DNA from: Magallana gigas
Taxonomy: Eukaryota
DNA length: 64,000 nt
NCBI RefSeq assembly: GCF_963853765.1
Contig: NC_088855.1
Span: 13,764,001-13,828,000, forward strand
Direction of reading: 5' to 3'
In this document: piece after piece, positions 24,641-36,501 of the stretch
How the letters are laid out: the number at the start of each line of letters is the position of its first letter
How positions within the stretch are numbered: position 1 is the stretch's first letter
The notes under the pieces: model-generated
Seen by the model: only the letters and a program-made list of their open reading frames with translations
Told to the model about the DNA's origin: nothing
Databases searched by the model: none
Translations under genes and position numbers: made by a program

Positions 24641-27241
24641 TTAAGTGGAATTATTCATCAATTTTTCTTCCATCTTCACCTTGAAAACTCTCCGATAACT
24701 ATCATCATCTCTCCATTCAACGTGATCACCAATCCTGACTTTAGAGTGAAGAAGTCTAGGTATCTCGGCAAAGGAAATATTACCCACAGTGATAACAATA
24801 ATATCGTGCAACGAGTTTCCTTTCAAATCTAGTGCTTCTCCAATGAACAGATCTCTTAGACGGTAGGATTCCAGATATTTGGAAACGACAATGATAATTT
24901 TTCTGCTGTTTTCCATAGTGTTTACTGATGTTTGCAGATTGTCAGCGCTTCCTAAGGTGTCTCGATCGCCAAAATATAACTTGTATTTGCCATGAAAGTT
25001 TTGATCGTTTTCACTCCCGTCGTCGAACTCCTTTAGAATATTCGTTTTTATCCACTTGGAGTCCTCGTCATCCTCGGAATAAAGGATGTATGCATCGTAT
25101 TCCATGTTAACTAATTCAGTGTAGTTTTGATTCCTTCTTGTAAAATATCGACGAATGCGGTTCTTTGTTGAATACGTGATAAATAAGATGTGCATGCGAT
25201 ACCAATAGCTGATAGAAATTAGAACGACAAACAGTATTATCACGGTCACAATTATTCCAACGGTTACTTTTACAGATACCAAGTTGCATTCGATCTTCGT
25301 CTCGTCAAACGACAACAGTGTCTTGCCTTTCCAGTCTTCAGGAGAATAACACCTGTATTTCTTTAAGTCCCGTACGAATGTTTTAGTTTTGTCGATCCAT
25401 CTTCGAAACCATCGAAGATCACACGTGCATGCAAATGGATTGTTGTTAAAGTTTATTTCTGTCAACGATTCCAAGCCTTTCATACTTTCCTCATCTACGA
25501 CAGAAATCATATTATTTGAAAGGACTAAAGAGCGAAGCTGCTTAGCCCTGGATAAGATACTCCCGTCTAATCCAGGTATCCAATTGTCTTCTAAATTCAA
25601 GATTTCTAGGTTTATCATGTCACTGAACAAACGAGAAGAAAATGTATGAATTTGATTGCTTGACAAATCAAGTAATTTTAGTGTTTGTAACCCTGAAAAT
25701 AATTTCCCCTCCGCATCATTAAGTAGAAACTTTCCTAGCTTGTTCCCTTTAAGTTGCAACTCCTTGAGAGATCTGAGGTTTGAAAACAAGGTTAACGGTA
25801 AAACAGAACACCCGTTGTCGGATAAATTTAAATATTTTAGTGACGTCAATGATGAAAGTATTTTAGAAGAGTTTTGTATCGTTGTCAACCTGTTTTGTTG
25901 GAGTTGCAACTTAGTTAGATTCGTTAAAGGAGCAAATAATTGTTTAGGAAGGGTGTTGATTCTGTTTCCATATAATTGTAGGTCCTGCAGATTAATAAGT
26001 CCAGAAAAAGCACCTTTAAACAGCGTTAATATCTTGTTGTTGCCCAAGTGAAGGCGGTTTAAACGAGTCAAATTCGTGAAGGCATTGTTGTTTAAAACTT
26101 CAACATGATTCCCAGCCATATAGAGATATAATAAACTCTTTGGAAGATTCTTTGGAATATTTTCAATGAAATTATTGCTAAGCATGAGGTTGTTTAGATT
26201 TTGAAGCCCATCGAACGCATTTTCGTGTATGTCACGAATTCCGCAATTGCTCAAGTCAAGAAATTTCAATTGGGTTAAATGTTGAAAACATTGAGATGGA
26301 ATTGTGTAGAACTCATTGAAACTAAGATCGAGGGTTGACAAGTTCATACTTTTCAACCATTGAAAAGAAGAAGATGGTACTATTCCGTCAAAGTTCATGT
26401 TGGCAATACTAAGAGAGTTCAGAGGAGCCTGCTGCAACCCTTCTAATGCATTAGATAGCTCAGTGTCTGTCAAAGGATTTCTTCCAAGTTTCAAGGATTG
26501 TAATTTTGTTAGCAACAGAAAGCTGTCATTAGATATATGAGATATGGTATTTCTGGCAAGTTCCATTATGCGCACATTGCTGGTTTTTAAATTTTCGAAC
26601 GTATTTTTGTTTAGAATTTGAATGTTGTTGTTGCTAAGTCCAATTCTTTTTAATTTTGTCATGTTCCTGAATACCAAATGAAAAGTACAGTTCCGAATAC
26701 TATTTCCTTCTAATATTAGGTCTTGAAGAGTTTCCAAATTCTGTAAAATTGGAATTTCTTGAAGTTTATTACCGCCAAGGTGCAAAAATACCAAAGAGGT
26801 TTCTTCAAAGGTCCTGGTATTAAGCTCAGCAATTTTGTTATTTGTTAAAGTTATATTGAGAAGCGATGATAGATTATAGAATGTACCTGCTTCAGTGAAA
26901 TTTATCCTATTGTTCTCCAATTGTATGGTCTGTATTTTCGGAAGACACTCTCCAGAAAACACGAAAGACGACAGTGAGGCGATAAGGTTATTCTGCAACT
27001 GTAACTCAAAAAGTTGTGGAAGAAAACAGAAATCATTCTTTTCGATAACTTTTATCTGGTTATGTCCGAGATATAACTTCTGTGTGGACGCTGGAATATT
27101 CCTTGGTACTCCTTTGAGTTGTTTGCCTCTACAGTCGACAACATCATTGCGACATGAGCAGTGTTGTGGACACGAAGCCATCCCGAAGACAACAAAGATT
27201 TGTCCAAATAATAAAAAAACATAAAAAGTGGTTGTGTACAT
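24641..27241 (-). CDS. Toll-like receptor B (single-cysteine-cluster type), 866 aa, single coding exon
   Basis: ATG at 27241 starts a signal peptide (MYTTTFYVFLLFGQIFVVFG); the track start at 27274 is a GTG. CPQHCSC cap, about 20 LRRs, NPFACTCDLRWF, TM helix, TIR (YDAYILY, DRDTLG). Confidence 0.9.
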   Translation of the reverse strand: MYTTTFYVFLLFGQIFVVFGMASCPQHCSCRNDVVDCRGKQLKGVPRNIPASTQKLYLGHNQIKVIEKNDFCFLPQLFELQLQNNLIASLSSFVFSGECLPKIQTIQLENNRINFTEAGTFYNLSSLLNITLTNNKIAELNTRTFEETSLVFLHLGGNKLQEIPILQNLETLQDLILEGNSIRNCTFHLVFRNMTKLKRIGLSNNNIQILNKNTFENLKTSNVRIMELARNTISHISNDSFLLLTKLQSLKLGRNPLTDTELSNALEGLQQAPLNSLSIANMNFDGIVPSSSFQWLKSMNLSTLDLSFNEFYTIPSQCFQHLTQLKFLDLSNCGIRDIHENAFDGLQNLNNLMLSNNFIENIPKNLPKSLLYLYMAGNHVEVLNNNAFTNLTRLNRLHLGNNKILTLFKGAFSGLINLQDLQLYGNRINTLPKQLFAPLTNLTKLQLQQNRLTTIQNSSKILSSLTSLKYLNLSDNGCSVLPLTLFSNLRSLKELQLKGNKLGKFLLNDAEGKLFSGLQTLKLLDLSSNQIHTFSSRLFSDMINLEILNLEDNWIPGLDGSILSRAKQLRSLVLSNNMISVVDEESMKGLESLTEINFNNNPFACTCDLRWFRRWIDKTKTFVRDLKKYRCYSPEDWKGKTLLSFDETKIECNLVSVKVTVGIIVTVIILFVVLISISYWYRMHILFITYSTKNRIRRYFTRRNQNYTELVNMEYDAYILYSEDDEDSKWIKTNILKEFDDGSENDQNFHGKYKLYFGDRDTLGSADNLQTSVNTMENSRKIIIVVSKYLESYRLRDLFIGEALDLKGNSLHDIIVITVGNISFAEIPRLLHSKVRIGDHVEWRDDDSYRRVFKVKMEEKLMNNST

Positions 27242-28402
27242 GGTTAAAAACGAAAACTTGCACGTGTACTGCACTACAACGACATTGCAGACTTTGGCAG
27301 ATTGCGATTCATATCTTTTTTTATCGATTCATATTGAAAGTAATTAAGCAGAAACCTAAAACGAAAGTAAAACAGGTAGATTGATAACAGATAACACAAT
27401 ATTAAGATATTTAGGACGAGGTTTTAACTTGCTGTTGAATTCACGTATGTTAGGTAAATAAAGATGATAGGCGGATAAGATTGTAAGAAACAATTATTGA
27501 TTTTCAACAATTAAAAGAATCAATAATTTTAATACTGATTTTTCGTATCGACGATAATCTATGATAACAATGTTTTCGCAAATATTATCAAATATGTAAG
27601 ACTGTGTTTTCACTCATTATTTTACATGCATTTTATCATCAAAGAACCATGTGAGTACCTAACAAAGATCTACACGGGGTTCGTAAGTCAATTTTTAGCA
27701 TTATTGAACCTCAGTTTGGGTGAATAACAGAATCTAAGCGAGAATCAAAGCTTCTTGGATTATAAAACAATCTAATCATCCTTTTTCATAGTAATTGTAG
27801 TTTGGAAGGATTTATGGAGGGTATGTTATTTTAATAAGATTATACTGTTGTTTTAATATTTAACTGTAACTTTAATGTGATTTTAGTTATGATGAAAGTA
27901 GATATACCGGTATTTTAAAATGATTTTTAATAACTTGACAAGATACTGTCTATAAAATTTCACCTGGTTCTGTTGCAAAAAAATTTTTTGTATTTCCGCA
28001 CAAGATTTAGTTTCTTGTCAAATGTCATATACCAGTTAATTCTCTCTCTGAATGATTCATGATTTTGCATTGTAAAACAATGCTGATGTCTATTTGACAA
28101 GTTCATGGCCTAGACTTAAAACACGTCAAATGATACATTATCTTTCGAAATACAGCTTAAAAGGCTTTTTTCAAAAAAGTAGAAATTTGCCTGTAACAAG
28201 CTTTTCTTGAGTGAGATGTGAATTACATCATTTCTATAGATAAATCTACTGAGAGGAGGTGCTCCTGGTTATGCATGATGATTTTAATGTTTAAATCATT
28301 AATATTCTCTGTCATAAACATAAAAAACGAAATCTTATTGCATTTTCTATTTACTAATGAATAATTATAAAAAATAGAAAACCAGCTATTAAAGAAATAG
28401 TA

Positions 28403-28604
28403 CTGTATACAGGGAATTATTCGTTCCTCTCCCTTTTCGCCCTCGTTGTCATCGGGCGAATTTAGGGCTGGGCGAATGTGAATGTATCAAATTATCTCTC
28501 TTAAAACACAACTGCATGTGGCGAATTCAAGCAGGGGCGAAACTGTTTGCAAGACTAGTGTAGATGGGCGAAATTACATGGGGCAAAAATAACCCTGCAT
28601 ACAG
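28403..28604. mobile_element. Tc1/mariner-type MITE (family 1), about 100 bp downstream of the TLR-C stop
   Basis: TA|CTGTATACAGGG...CCCTGCATACAG|CA; homologous to 6479-6662. Confidence 0.8.
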
Positions 28605-28705
28605 CAATTATTTTTAACAACATGATATTTAAAACAAACAGTAGCTACACATAAAGGCATATTTTATACAAACACTTAGATAAGATAAATGCTCTTATTA
28701 AACAG

Positions 28706-31339
28706 TTAAGCTATGACCTCAGTCACGTCTTTCATACGTTTAAGTTCTGCCTTTAGTCTTTGTTTAAATAACCAAATGGCATCCACATCATCTTTCCAGA
28801 GCAAAAACTCATCTTTAGACACTTTTCTTTGCAGCGATTTTGGAATGCATGCAAACGAAACACCACAAACATTAATGACAATAATATCGTCGATGACACC
28901 TTGTGATTTTAACATTACAGCAAGATCAATTTCGAATTTGTGCCGAGCACTGGAGAGATATTTTTCTGTCAAGACGATGATGACTTTTCTGCTCATTTCA
29001 ATGTTGTCGGAGATACTGGAAATCATACTGCTTCCAGGGACAGAGTCCCTATCGTGAAAATATAACTTGAATTCCCCTTTGAATGGTTCTCCCGGTGACA
29101 ATTCTCCAGAGTCTATATCGGGCAGTAGCTGTTCAAGGACCCATTTGTAATCGTCATCTGCATACGATATGTACGCGTCAAATACTAATTCATGTCCATC
29201 CTGATAATTTATTGGCTGATAGCGAGCTCCACTGACCACACAGCAGTTTTTCAGACGGTAACATCGGTAAAGAATCCACCATCGCTTCTTGTAGATAATG
29301 ACGCAGAAGACAAGTACTGTAAGACCAGACGCTACGCTAACCCCGACCACAAAATACAGGTTAAACCAAACACAGTTAATTTTGGTTCTATCAAATGATA
29401 GGAAAGGTTTTCCTTTCCATACATTCGGAGAATTGCACACGTAATTATCGACATTTGCAATGTTTACTCTAGTTTGGTTTACCCAATCCCTAAACCATCG
29501 AAGGTCGCAAGTGCATGCTAAGGGATTGTTATTCAGATTCAGCATTTGAAAATTACTGTTTTGGGAGAGATCTTCAAGGGAAGATGAATTCACCAACGAT
29601 ATGGAATTATCGCTAAGATCAAGACTTCTAAGCGCAGACGTTTGTTTGAATAAACCATTGTTCCAACCAGAAATTCTATTGCTCTTCATTGTTAACGTCT
29701 GTAAAGAACTAAGATCCTTAAAAATCGAAATTGGTAGGTTATGTAGAAAATTCTTTGAAAGACTAAGTGTTTCTAGTTTGTGTAATCCAGCAAACAAAGT
29801 TCCAATATTGTCACTTCCAATTAGACCTTCAAGATTGTTGTCATCAAATTTTAAATGTTTTAATGACTGCAAATGGTTAAATGACTGTAACGGCAGAGAA
29901 CTACACCCGTTTTCAGCAAGCGAGAGAGACGTTAAGGACGTCATGGATGAGAAAATGTCTGGCGAATTTTGAATAGCTTTTAAATTGTTATTGCTCAAGT
30001 CCAGGGAAATTAGTTGTCCGAATGGAGCAAACAGTTCTGCGGCTAGACTACTTATGCTATTGGAAACGAGATGTAGCTTTTGTAGGCGGACTAAACCGTT
30101 GAATGCTAATTTGTTAACCTCAGAAATTTTGTTGGAATCCAAATAGAGGTTTTTCAACGACACTAGATTAACAAATGCATTTTCACCAAGAGCAACGATT
30201 TGATTCCTATTCAGATACAGTATATTAAGCGTTGATGGAAGATTTGTTGGAACTTTGTTTAAAAGGTTGTTTTCCAGGTTCAAATTGGTGAGAGTATCAA
30301 GACCGGCGAAGGTGTCGTTGGCGATAGTCTGAATCTTGCAACCCTTCAGATCGATCTGTTCTAGCCTCCTTAAACTAGCAAAGGCACGACTAGGTAGTTG
30401 GTTGATTATGTTATCACTCATAAGCAATTGCTTCAGTAATGTTCCATTTAAAAGTGCAAATGTGGACGAGGGCAATTGACCTCCAAGCTGCAGTCTTGCT
30501 ATATTAAGTGAGCTCAGCGATGAGGACTTGAGACCTTCTAATCCAATTTGTAGTTTTGATGCCGTTAAAGGATTTGAGCTTATTGTGAGAGACACAAGTT
30601 TTGTCAACGGCAGAAATGCTTCCCTGGAAATGTCAGTTATTTTATTTCTGGATAGTTCCAATTTTCTGACGGGACAATTTTGCAGGTTTTGAAAAGTTTC
30701 TTTAGTGAGATTTTCTATCAGATTTGAACTTAGACCAATTGTTGCAAGCTCTTTTGAATTCTCGTAAGTATCAGGAAATGTTGCGTTCTTGACTTTATTT
30801 CCCTGTATGCTAAATTGTTGTAGTCCAGGTAGTAATGATATTGCTGGAATGTGATCTAAATAGTTTTGTCCTAAATGCAAAAATGACATCTTTAAACATT
30901 CAACAAATGACCGTGGATGAATGAATGTGATATAGTTATTAGTAAAATAGGTCAAATTTAGACTTGTCAAATTGAAAAATGCATTTTCTTCCAAAGAACT
31001 GATGCGATTGTTGTCAAGTCGTATCACTTTTAAATTCGGTAAACTGGTGCCATTGAATGTCCAACTCTTTAGTATAGACAGTTTATTATTCTGTAGGTAA
31101 AGTTCCTGCAATTCAGGAAGACCACATAGTGAATTTGGCTCCAAGTTCGCAATTTCGTTGAAGCGCAGATAAAGTTTTTGAACTGATTTTGGTAGACCTG
31201 TTGGTATTTCCATCAACCTTTTACCGTCACAGTTGACTGAAGTAAGTACCCTGTTGCAAAAACACTTGGCGGGACAAGTGTTTGTCCATGCAACATCTAC
31301 TAGCAACAGCAACAAGCTTAATAGCATTGCCAAAGTCAT
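28706..31339 (-). CDS. Toll-like receptor C, 877 aa, single coding exon
   Basis: Likely start MTLAMLLSLLLLLVDVAW at 31339, preceded by the splice acceptor TTTCAG|AAG; the upstream ORF extension to 31495 looks intronic. CPAKCFC cap, LRRs, NPLACTCDLRWF, TM, TIR (FDAYISY, DRDSVPG, SRKVIIVL). Confidence 0.92.
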   Translation of the reverse strand: MTLAMLLSLLLLLVDVAWTNTCPAKCFCNRVLTSVNCDGKRLMEIPTGLPKSVQKLYLRFNEIANLEPNSLCGLPELQELYLQNNKLSILKSWTFNGTSLPNLKVIRLDNNRISSLEENAFFNLTSLNLTYFTNNYITFIHPRSFVECLKMSFLHLGQNYLDHIPAISLLPGLQQFSIQGNKVKNATFPDTYENSKELATIGLSSNLIENLTKETFQNLQNCPVRKLELSRNKITDISREAFLPLTKLVSLTISSNPLTASKLQIGLEGLKSSSLSSLNIARLQLGGQLPSSTFALLNGTLLKQLLMSDNIINQLPSRAFASLRRLEQIDLKGCKIQTIANDTFAGLDTLTNLNLENNLLNKVPTNLPSTLNILYLNRNQIVALGENAFVNLVSLKNLYLDSNKISEVNKLAFNGLVRLQKLHLVSNSISSLAAELFAPFGQLISLDLSNNNLKAIQNSPDIFSSMTSLTSLSLAENGCSSLPLQSFNHLQSLKHLKFDDNNLEGLIGSDNIGTLFAGLHKLETLSLSKNFLHNLPISIFKDLSSLQTLTMKSNRISGWNNGLFKQTSALRSLDLSDNSISLVNSSSLEDLSQNSNFQMLNLNNNPLACTCDLRWFRDWVNQTRVNIANVDNYVCNSPNVWKGKPFLSFDRTKINCVWFNLYFVVGVSVASGLTVLVFCVIIYKKRWWILYRCYRLKNCCVVSGARYQPINYQDGHELVFDAYISYADDDYKWVLEQLLPDIDSGELSPGEPFKGEFKLYFHDRDSVPGSSMISSISDNIEMSRKVIIVLTEKYLSSARHKFEIDLAVMLKSQGVIDDIIVINVCGVSFACIPKSLQRKVSKDEFLLWKDDVDAIWLFKQRLKAELKRMKDVTEVIA

Positions 31340-32496
31340 CTTCTGAAAGACAAAATTGCATTTAATATTAGCAAATAACATGTTTTTTGTCGGCATAAAA
31401 AACAGGAAAAACCTCTTACAGCAAATCTCAAAGTCTGAATAATTTAAATATATACTGTACTTACTAATTAAACCAACAAAACTAGATAAAAGCAATTAAC
31501 TTCAATGAGTACATGACGCCAGTGGGAAAATAGTTTCTCATGTCGCTAGACAAACGGAAATAAGCCTGCACATCTTTAGCACTTTAAGTACGATAAATAG
31601 TATTTTGGTTAACATTTTAAAAGTACCATTGAAATAGTGCCAGGGGAAGCAAGGGACTGGATCAGATGACAAAGGATAAGTTAAACACACTTAGTACTTG
31701 TTTTACAATCATAAATAAGATATTCTGTCTTCTTCTGTTTCTTTCATTTCTACGAATCGTTTGTGTTAGTCCTATATAATCCTAAAACACTTAAGCAATG
31801 GTAACTTTTTACTCAGATTTAGCTTTAAGTTTTAGTTCATTTCTATCTTACGAATAAATTATTTTGCTTGAAGACACAATTCAAAGCAAATGCAAATAAA
31901 AGATAATTCTGAACTCTATTAGAGCGAATTAAGGTGAAAAAAAAACCGCTCATAAAACTGAGATTGTTTGCGCTACAAACATTAATTTTGTAATAGCTTT
32001 AGAATGTTATCCATTGCTTTTTTTGTCATGTAGATTTGTAGATAGAAAGCTACAATTATTCATTTAACATAGCGAAACAGTTTTCCCATCTAAATCGAAA
32101 CATACAGCTTTAAATAAAACATACATTATTGTTTTAAACAATGGAATCATTTAGGAGTTCACATTCATTTCGGTTGGCGTAAGCATAGAAAAAATATTAT
32201 AGCATTGGCTAATGCAAGGAGTGCCGCTAATCATATATATAAAAAAAAAATAAACAACCTACCATTGTCGATGTCTTTTTATAAATTTTACTTTGGTAGC
32301 ACATTTACCTTTTTGTGGTTTTTTCCCCGGGCAGTTGCACTTGTTTTTTCAAACCGCTATATCATCTATTTTTAAAACAATAGATCCACGCTACATCTGT
32401 GTGCAAATATCAGAGAGGAATGACAATGTTGCAATGAAAAATAGACTGTATTGGTCTCTCAAATGATTGACAATACGATAAAAATCGACATAAAGT

Positions 32497-32560
32497 ACTT
32501 ACTTATGAGAGTCCTGTTTACACTTGGCTCCTGTTTTGTTGTCGTTATCATGAGTCAAGC
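32497..32560 (-). promoter_or_regulatory. Candidate 5' UTR exon and donor of TLR-C
   Basis: Consensus donor AA|GTAAGTAC at 32502-32497 about 1.1 kb upstream of the TLR-C acceptor; AP-1 motif TGAGTCA at 32551-32557. Confidence 0.3.
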
Positions 32561-33965
32561 AGGAAATCATGACCTGAAAAACCGACGGTTGTCGTTCGTT
32601 CCGATTTCCCAAAATTCACTATAAAAGCTGGGGCAAAACAATAGTTACGAAGTTTGTCTGTTCATACTTTGAGAAATGAATATGTATTCAGATAAAAAGA
32701 CTAGATTTAAATATAAAATATTTTTCATAACGTCGGTATACATAAAAGCACAATATAATACAGTTAAATAATGGCAATCTGTATAAAAGAGACTCTTAAA
32801 CAATCTTGGTGTAAAAATTATAACACATGTCATATGTCATAGATTGTGCATTGTACTTTCTTAGAAAAAAACCCTTATTTTAAGTTTTGAATAATGTATA
32901 AAAATTTTAACAACGATTTTAAAACGTTCAAATTTCAGGTTTTGCATACTTGATACGAAATAAAACAATTTTAATGTGTTTGAAATGTGTGGTTACAGCG
33001 AAACTAGATACAACATTAACTTGAAATAGCCTTAAATAGGATAAAATAGGATAAAATAAAATGTATATGCAAAGCAAAATTAGTTTAATAAATAGACATC
33101 TAATTTATGTTGATCAGACATCATTATTTCTAAGTATTTTGAATAAAGTTATATCAGATGTAAATCTGACGTTTTGTATGACATCCGATTTTGGTTACAT
33201 TTTAAGTTTACTATTTCGTCAGATTGGTAGACGTTCAAAAGACTTTTTTTCAGATACTGAATTGAGCCAAAACAGACGAAATGATAAAGTATCAAAGATT
33301 TAAGATTTGTGTTAAACTACAGTAAAGGATTTCCAAAACATACCTTATAGGAAATTGAGTTATAGTAAGATTTTATAAAGAGAAATCTTCGTCAAAAATA
33401 GGCGAAGCGGAGCAAAATTTTGAAGGAAAGTCTGTGTCCAAAAACTGCCGTATTAGGTATGGTTTTCGGGCCTGATGTACTTTTTAACGTGCAAATCAAA
33501 CAGGTGTGTTTTAAACGCGTACTTCTAACCGAGTATTTACAGGATATTGGTTTTATAAAATTGGATATTAATACGGTGTTAGAATGCTAAGATAGACGGT
33601 TAAAACAATATTTACAATTTGTAAAAATTTACAGATAATAGCCGTTTTTTCTCTAAAATAAAAAATCAATCCATCAAAAAAGAATATGGGGCCCGTCACA
33701 CAAAGCTGACTTAAGACTAAAATTATACTTTTCCTTAGTCGTTACATAGTGAACGATTTGATCTATACATCTTCGGTATATAACAACACAATTAAGTTTT
33801 TATTCTTTGTAAAAATATTAATGTTTTCAGGGGTGGGTTGAATTGTACATTTGATTTGTTGGAGTGAAGGGGGTTATGGCGGAAGGGATGTGGTTTACAT
33901 AATTAGGGAATAGGGATGGGATCCTCTAAAAATATCCAACTTGTCACTGCACTTGTATTCCCCTG

Positions 33966-33968
<3 letters not shown>

Positions 33969-34022
<54 letters not shown>
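33969..34022. repeat. (TA)n microsatellite
   Basis: Direct inspection. Confidence 0.95.
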
Positions 34023-34025
<3 letters not shown>

Positions 34026-36284
34026 CAACCAAAATAAGCTAAGTTAGGATTCCTTAACTTACAGCATATTTTTAAATTAGAAATAAGTATAAATATTTTT
34101 ACATTTATATTATGGTGTATATAACTCAGAAGATTTGTAAGGACCAACTAGCCAAAAAATGCACGCATGGTCATAATAGATTAATTTAAAAAATTACAGA
34201 AATTCTAGTAGTGTCCAATGTTTATACTATGAGTAATGCATTTTCTCTTATTTTAAAAAAATATATGGAATACAATATGTATTTTTTCCTACTCATATTT
34301 ACATATGAATGTAAAATATGATGAATTTTCACTTTCGCTTTAATAGTGCATATTTGTGTCATATTGAAAGGTGTCACTTAATGGGTACAACTTATGATAA
34401 GGCAACGGTTGGAAAGTTTTGTGAAACAGCTTTAACAAATCTTAGGAACTTCTTAGGTTATAACATAGGCGGCGTATTCAATCTTATGAAATATTTGTTG
34501 TGAAAGGGCCCTGGTTTAATGACGACGTTTTTGTGTTTGACAGAAGAAATATGAGGAATGTGATCAAATATCAGTGAAACAAATGAAGAAAAATCTTAAC
34601 TTACATGAACAATTCTGATTTTTTGGTAATGTGGATGTGAGGCAACCTCTAATGATACAATATTCACTAATGATATAAAGTGGCATTAGTGGTAAGACTC
34701 TGACCGTTTATTATATATAATTTTATCATTAACGAATTCATGAAATTATCACCTTAAATATTGAAACAATGATTCCATATTACTTATATTCACCAAATTC
34801 CAGCCATTATATGATTAAATATTAGAATATTGACATAATCATTTGATTTACTTTACTTCAAACCTTGCTTACACCCAAACAATACTTTGATTGAATCTAC
34901 TGGACTGTACAGTATAAAATCGATTCGTAGTGTTATGTAACATACAAAGACACTAAAATATGTAAATATTTTTACATCCAGGTTGTTGCTGGCACGAGAT
35001 GCTACTGATATCAATTTCCAAGAACTGGTGCAGCAGAATAGAAAATTAAAATTCATTGTATATCCACGTCTGTCCCGTCCATTGTCGCTCAATAAAGATA
35101 GCTTAACTCCTCTGTACCTTTCTTTCAATTATTTTGATTGTGTAAATACTAACTGATAACCAGTAATGACAAGTTTCAACAATTATCAAATTCTTAATAT
35201 AATGATAAAGTTCATTAGTTCAAATTCAGGGACATGCAAAACAACACGAGCGCGACCACATTTAGATTATTAAGGCTATAAATTTTTAACCAAAGTTGTC
35301 CAATCCATTTCATAATTTGAAGGCTATGCATGAATGTGAAATCAATAAAAATAAAAATCTTCTACACCCCCCCCCCCCTTAAAAAAAGATAAGAAAGAAG
35401 TAAGTTTTGAAACATTTTTTTTTTATTAAAATCAGGTGTGGAAATTTGATCTACATTTACTCAAAGGTCATTTTATTTCAAAATGGATCGGACGCAAACT
35501 AACCATGTATTACAGTTTTTCAATGGATGATTTTTCCTAATCACTAACATGTTAGGTGCATATTCCTTGTTATATAACCAAGTGCATAGCAAAATATATT
35601 TTAACGAAATAATTGAAGAAAACTTTTCTCTTCCAACCACACAAAATCCGATTTTTCTGGATACAGCATATTAAACCCAAAGTTCCTGTAGGTGCTGGCA
35701 CGATAAAAGTAACCCCATTGATACTGCATTAATGTGCTTTATAATTTTCTATTTTTTAAACAAATTTACTTATTGTCTTTCAGTAATTAATCAAGGGGAA
35801 ATCTGTAACTTTTAATAGAAGTTTTATTTTTATTCAGACCACAAGTGACGCATATAAAAAAGAAAAATCTAAGGGTGTCCAATGCATACGTAGTACCACA
35901 CTATCGACCCTATGTGGTCGAAGTCGACCCGCGTCATTTAATACCACATGGGTCAATTTCGACCAAACTTCTGCGGGTAAATATTGTGTTTTCTAAAGGA
36001 AATCGAAAAAAAAAAATCATAACAAACTGTAACATGAAGTAATGCCAATAGAAAATAAGACAGTTTCGATTCGATACGTGCTTTTGAATTTTGATTAAAA
36101 TGTCAACAATGTGGTAAAATTTGCCCCTCTTGAATTTACCGACGTGAAAGCAAGCGTTCTGAAAACGGGGATTTCAAACAAGAAAACATTCTCCTGGTTA
36201 AAAAGTTTCATAATAAAACAAACTGGGGGACTGAGTTTCTCGAATTCGCAAAACATGATAATTTTCTAGACACTTCCTTGAATA

Positions 36285-36501
36285 CTGTAAATTCCTAATT
36301 AAATGAGAGGAATTTATATCCGCGTAAAATTGCGAGAAGCACCCCTCGCGGATTTTAAAAACTCGCCATTTTTTTCTGAGAGTTGAGAACTATAAGGAAT
36401 ATGGATAAAAGATCCGCGTTCACGATTTTATATTCTCGCAATTTGATACAATTCAAGGGGATCGCGGAATTAAGTACTCAGGTAATATAAGGAATTTACA
36501 G
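36285..36501. mobile_element. Tc1/mariner-type MITE (family 2)
   Basis: TA|CTGTAAATTCCT...AGGAATTTACAG|TA, 12-bp perfect TIR with TA duplication. Confidence 0.8.

Noticed and set aside
27345-27375. IRF/ISRE-like AAAACGAAAGT upstream of TLR-B and NF-kB-like words near TLR-C
   Set aside because: Imperfect matches in AT-rich DNA, not clearly conserved between paralogs.
28930-28960. Glu in KFEIDL (C) and TFEIDL (D) as a TIR NADase catalytic residue
   Set aside because: Non-enzymatic TLR TIRs often keep this Glu and the preceding WC is lost; not evidence of activity.
31340-31495. N-terminal extension of TLR-C in the ORF track (also the GTG start of TLR-B at 27274)
   Set aside because: Upstream of a splice acceptor shared with TLR-D; the signal peptide begins at 31339 (B at 27241).
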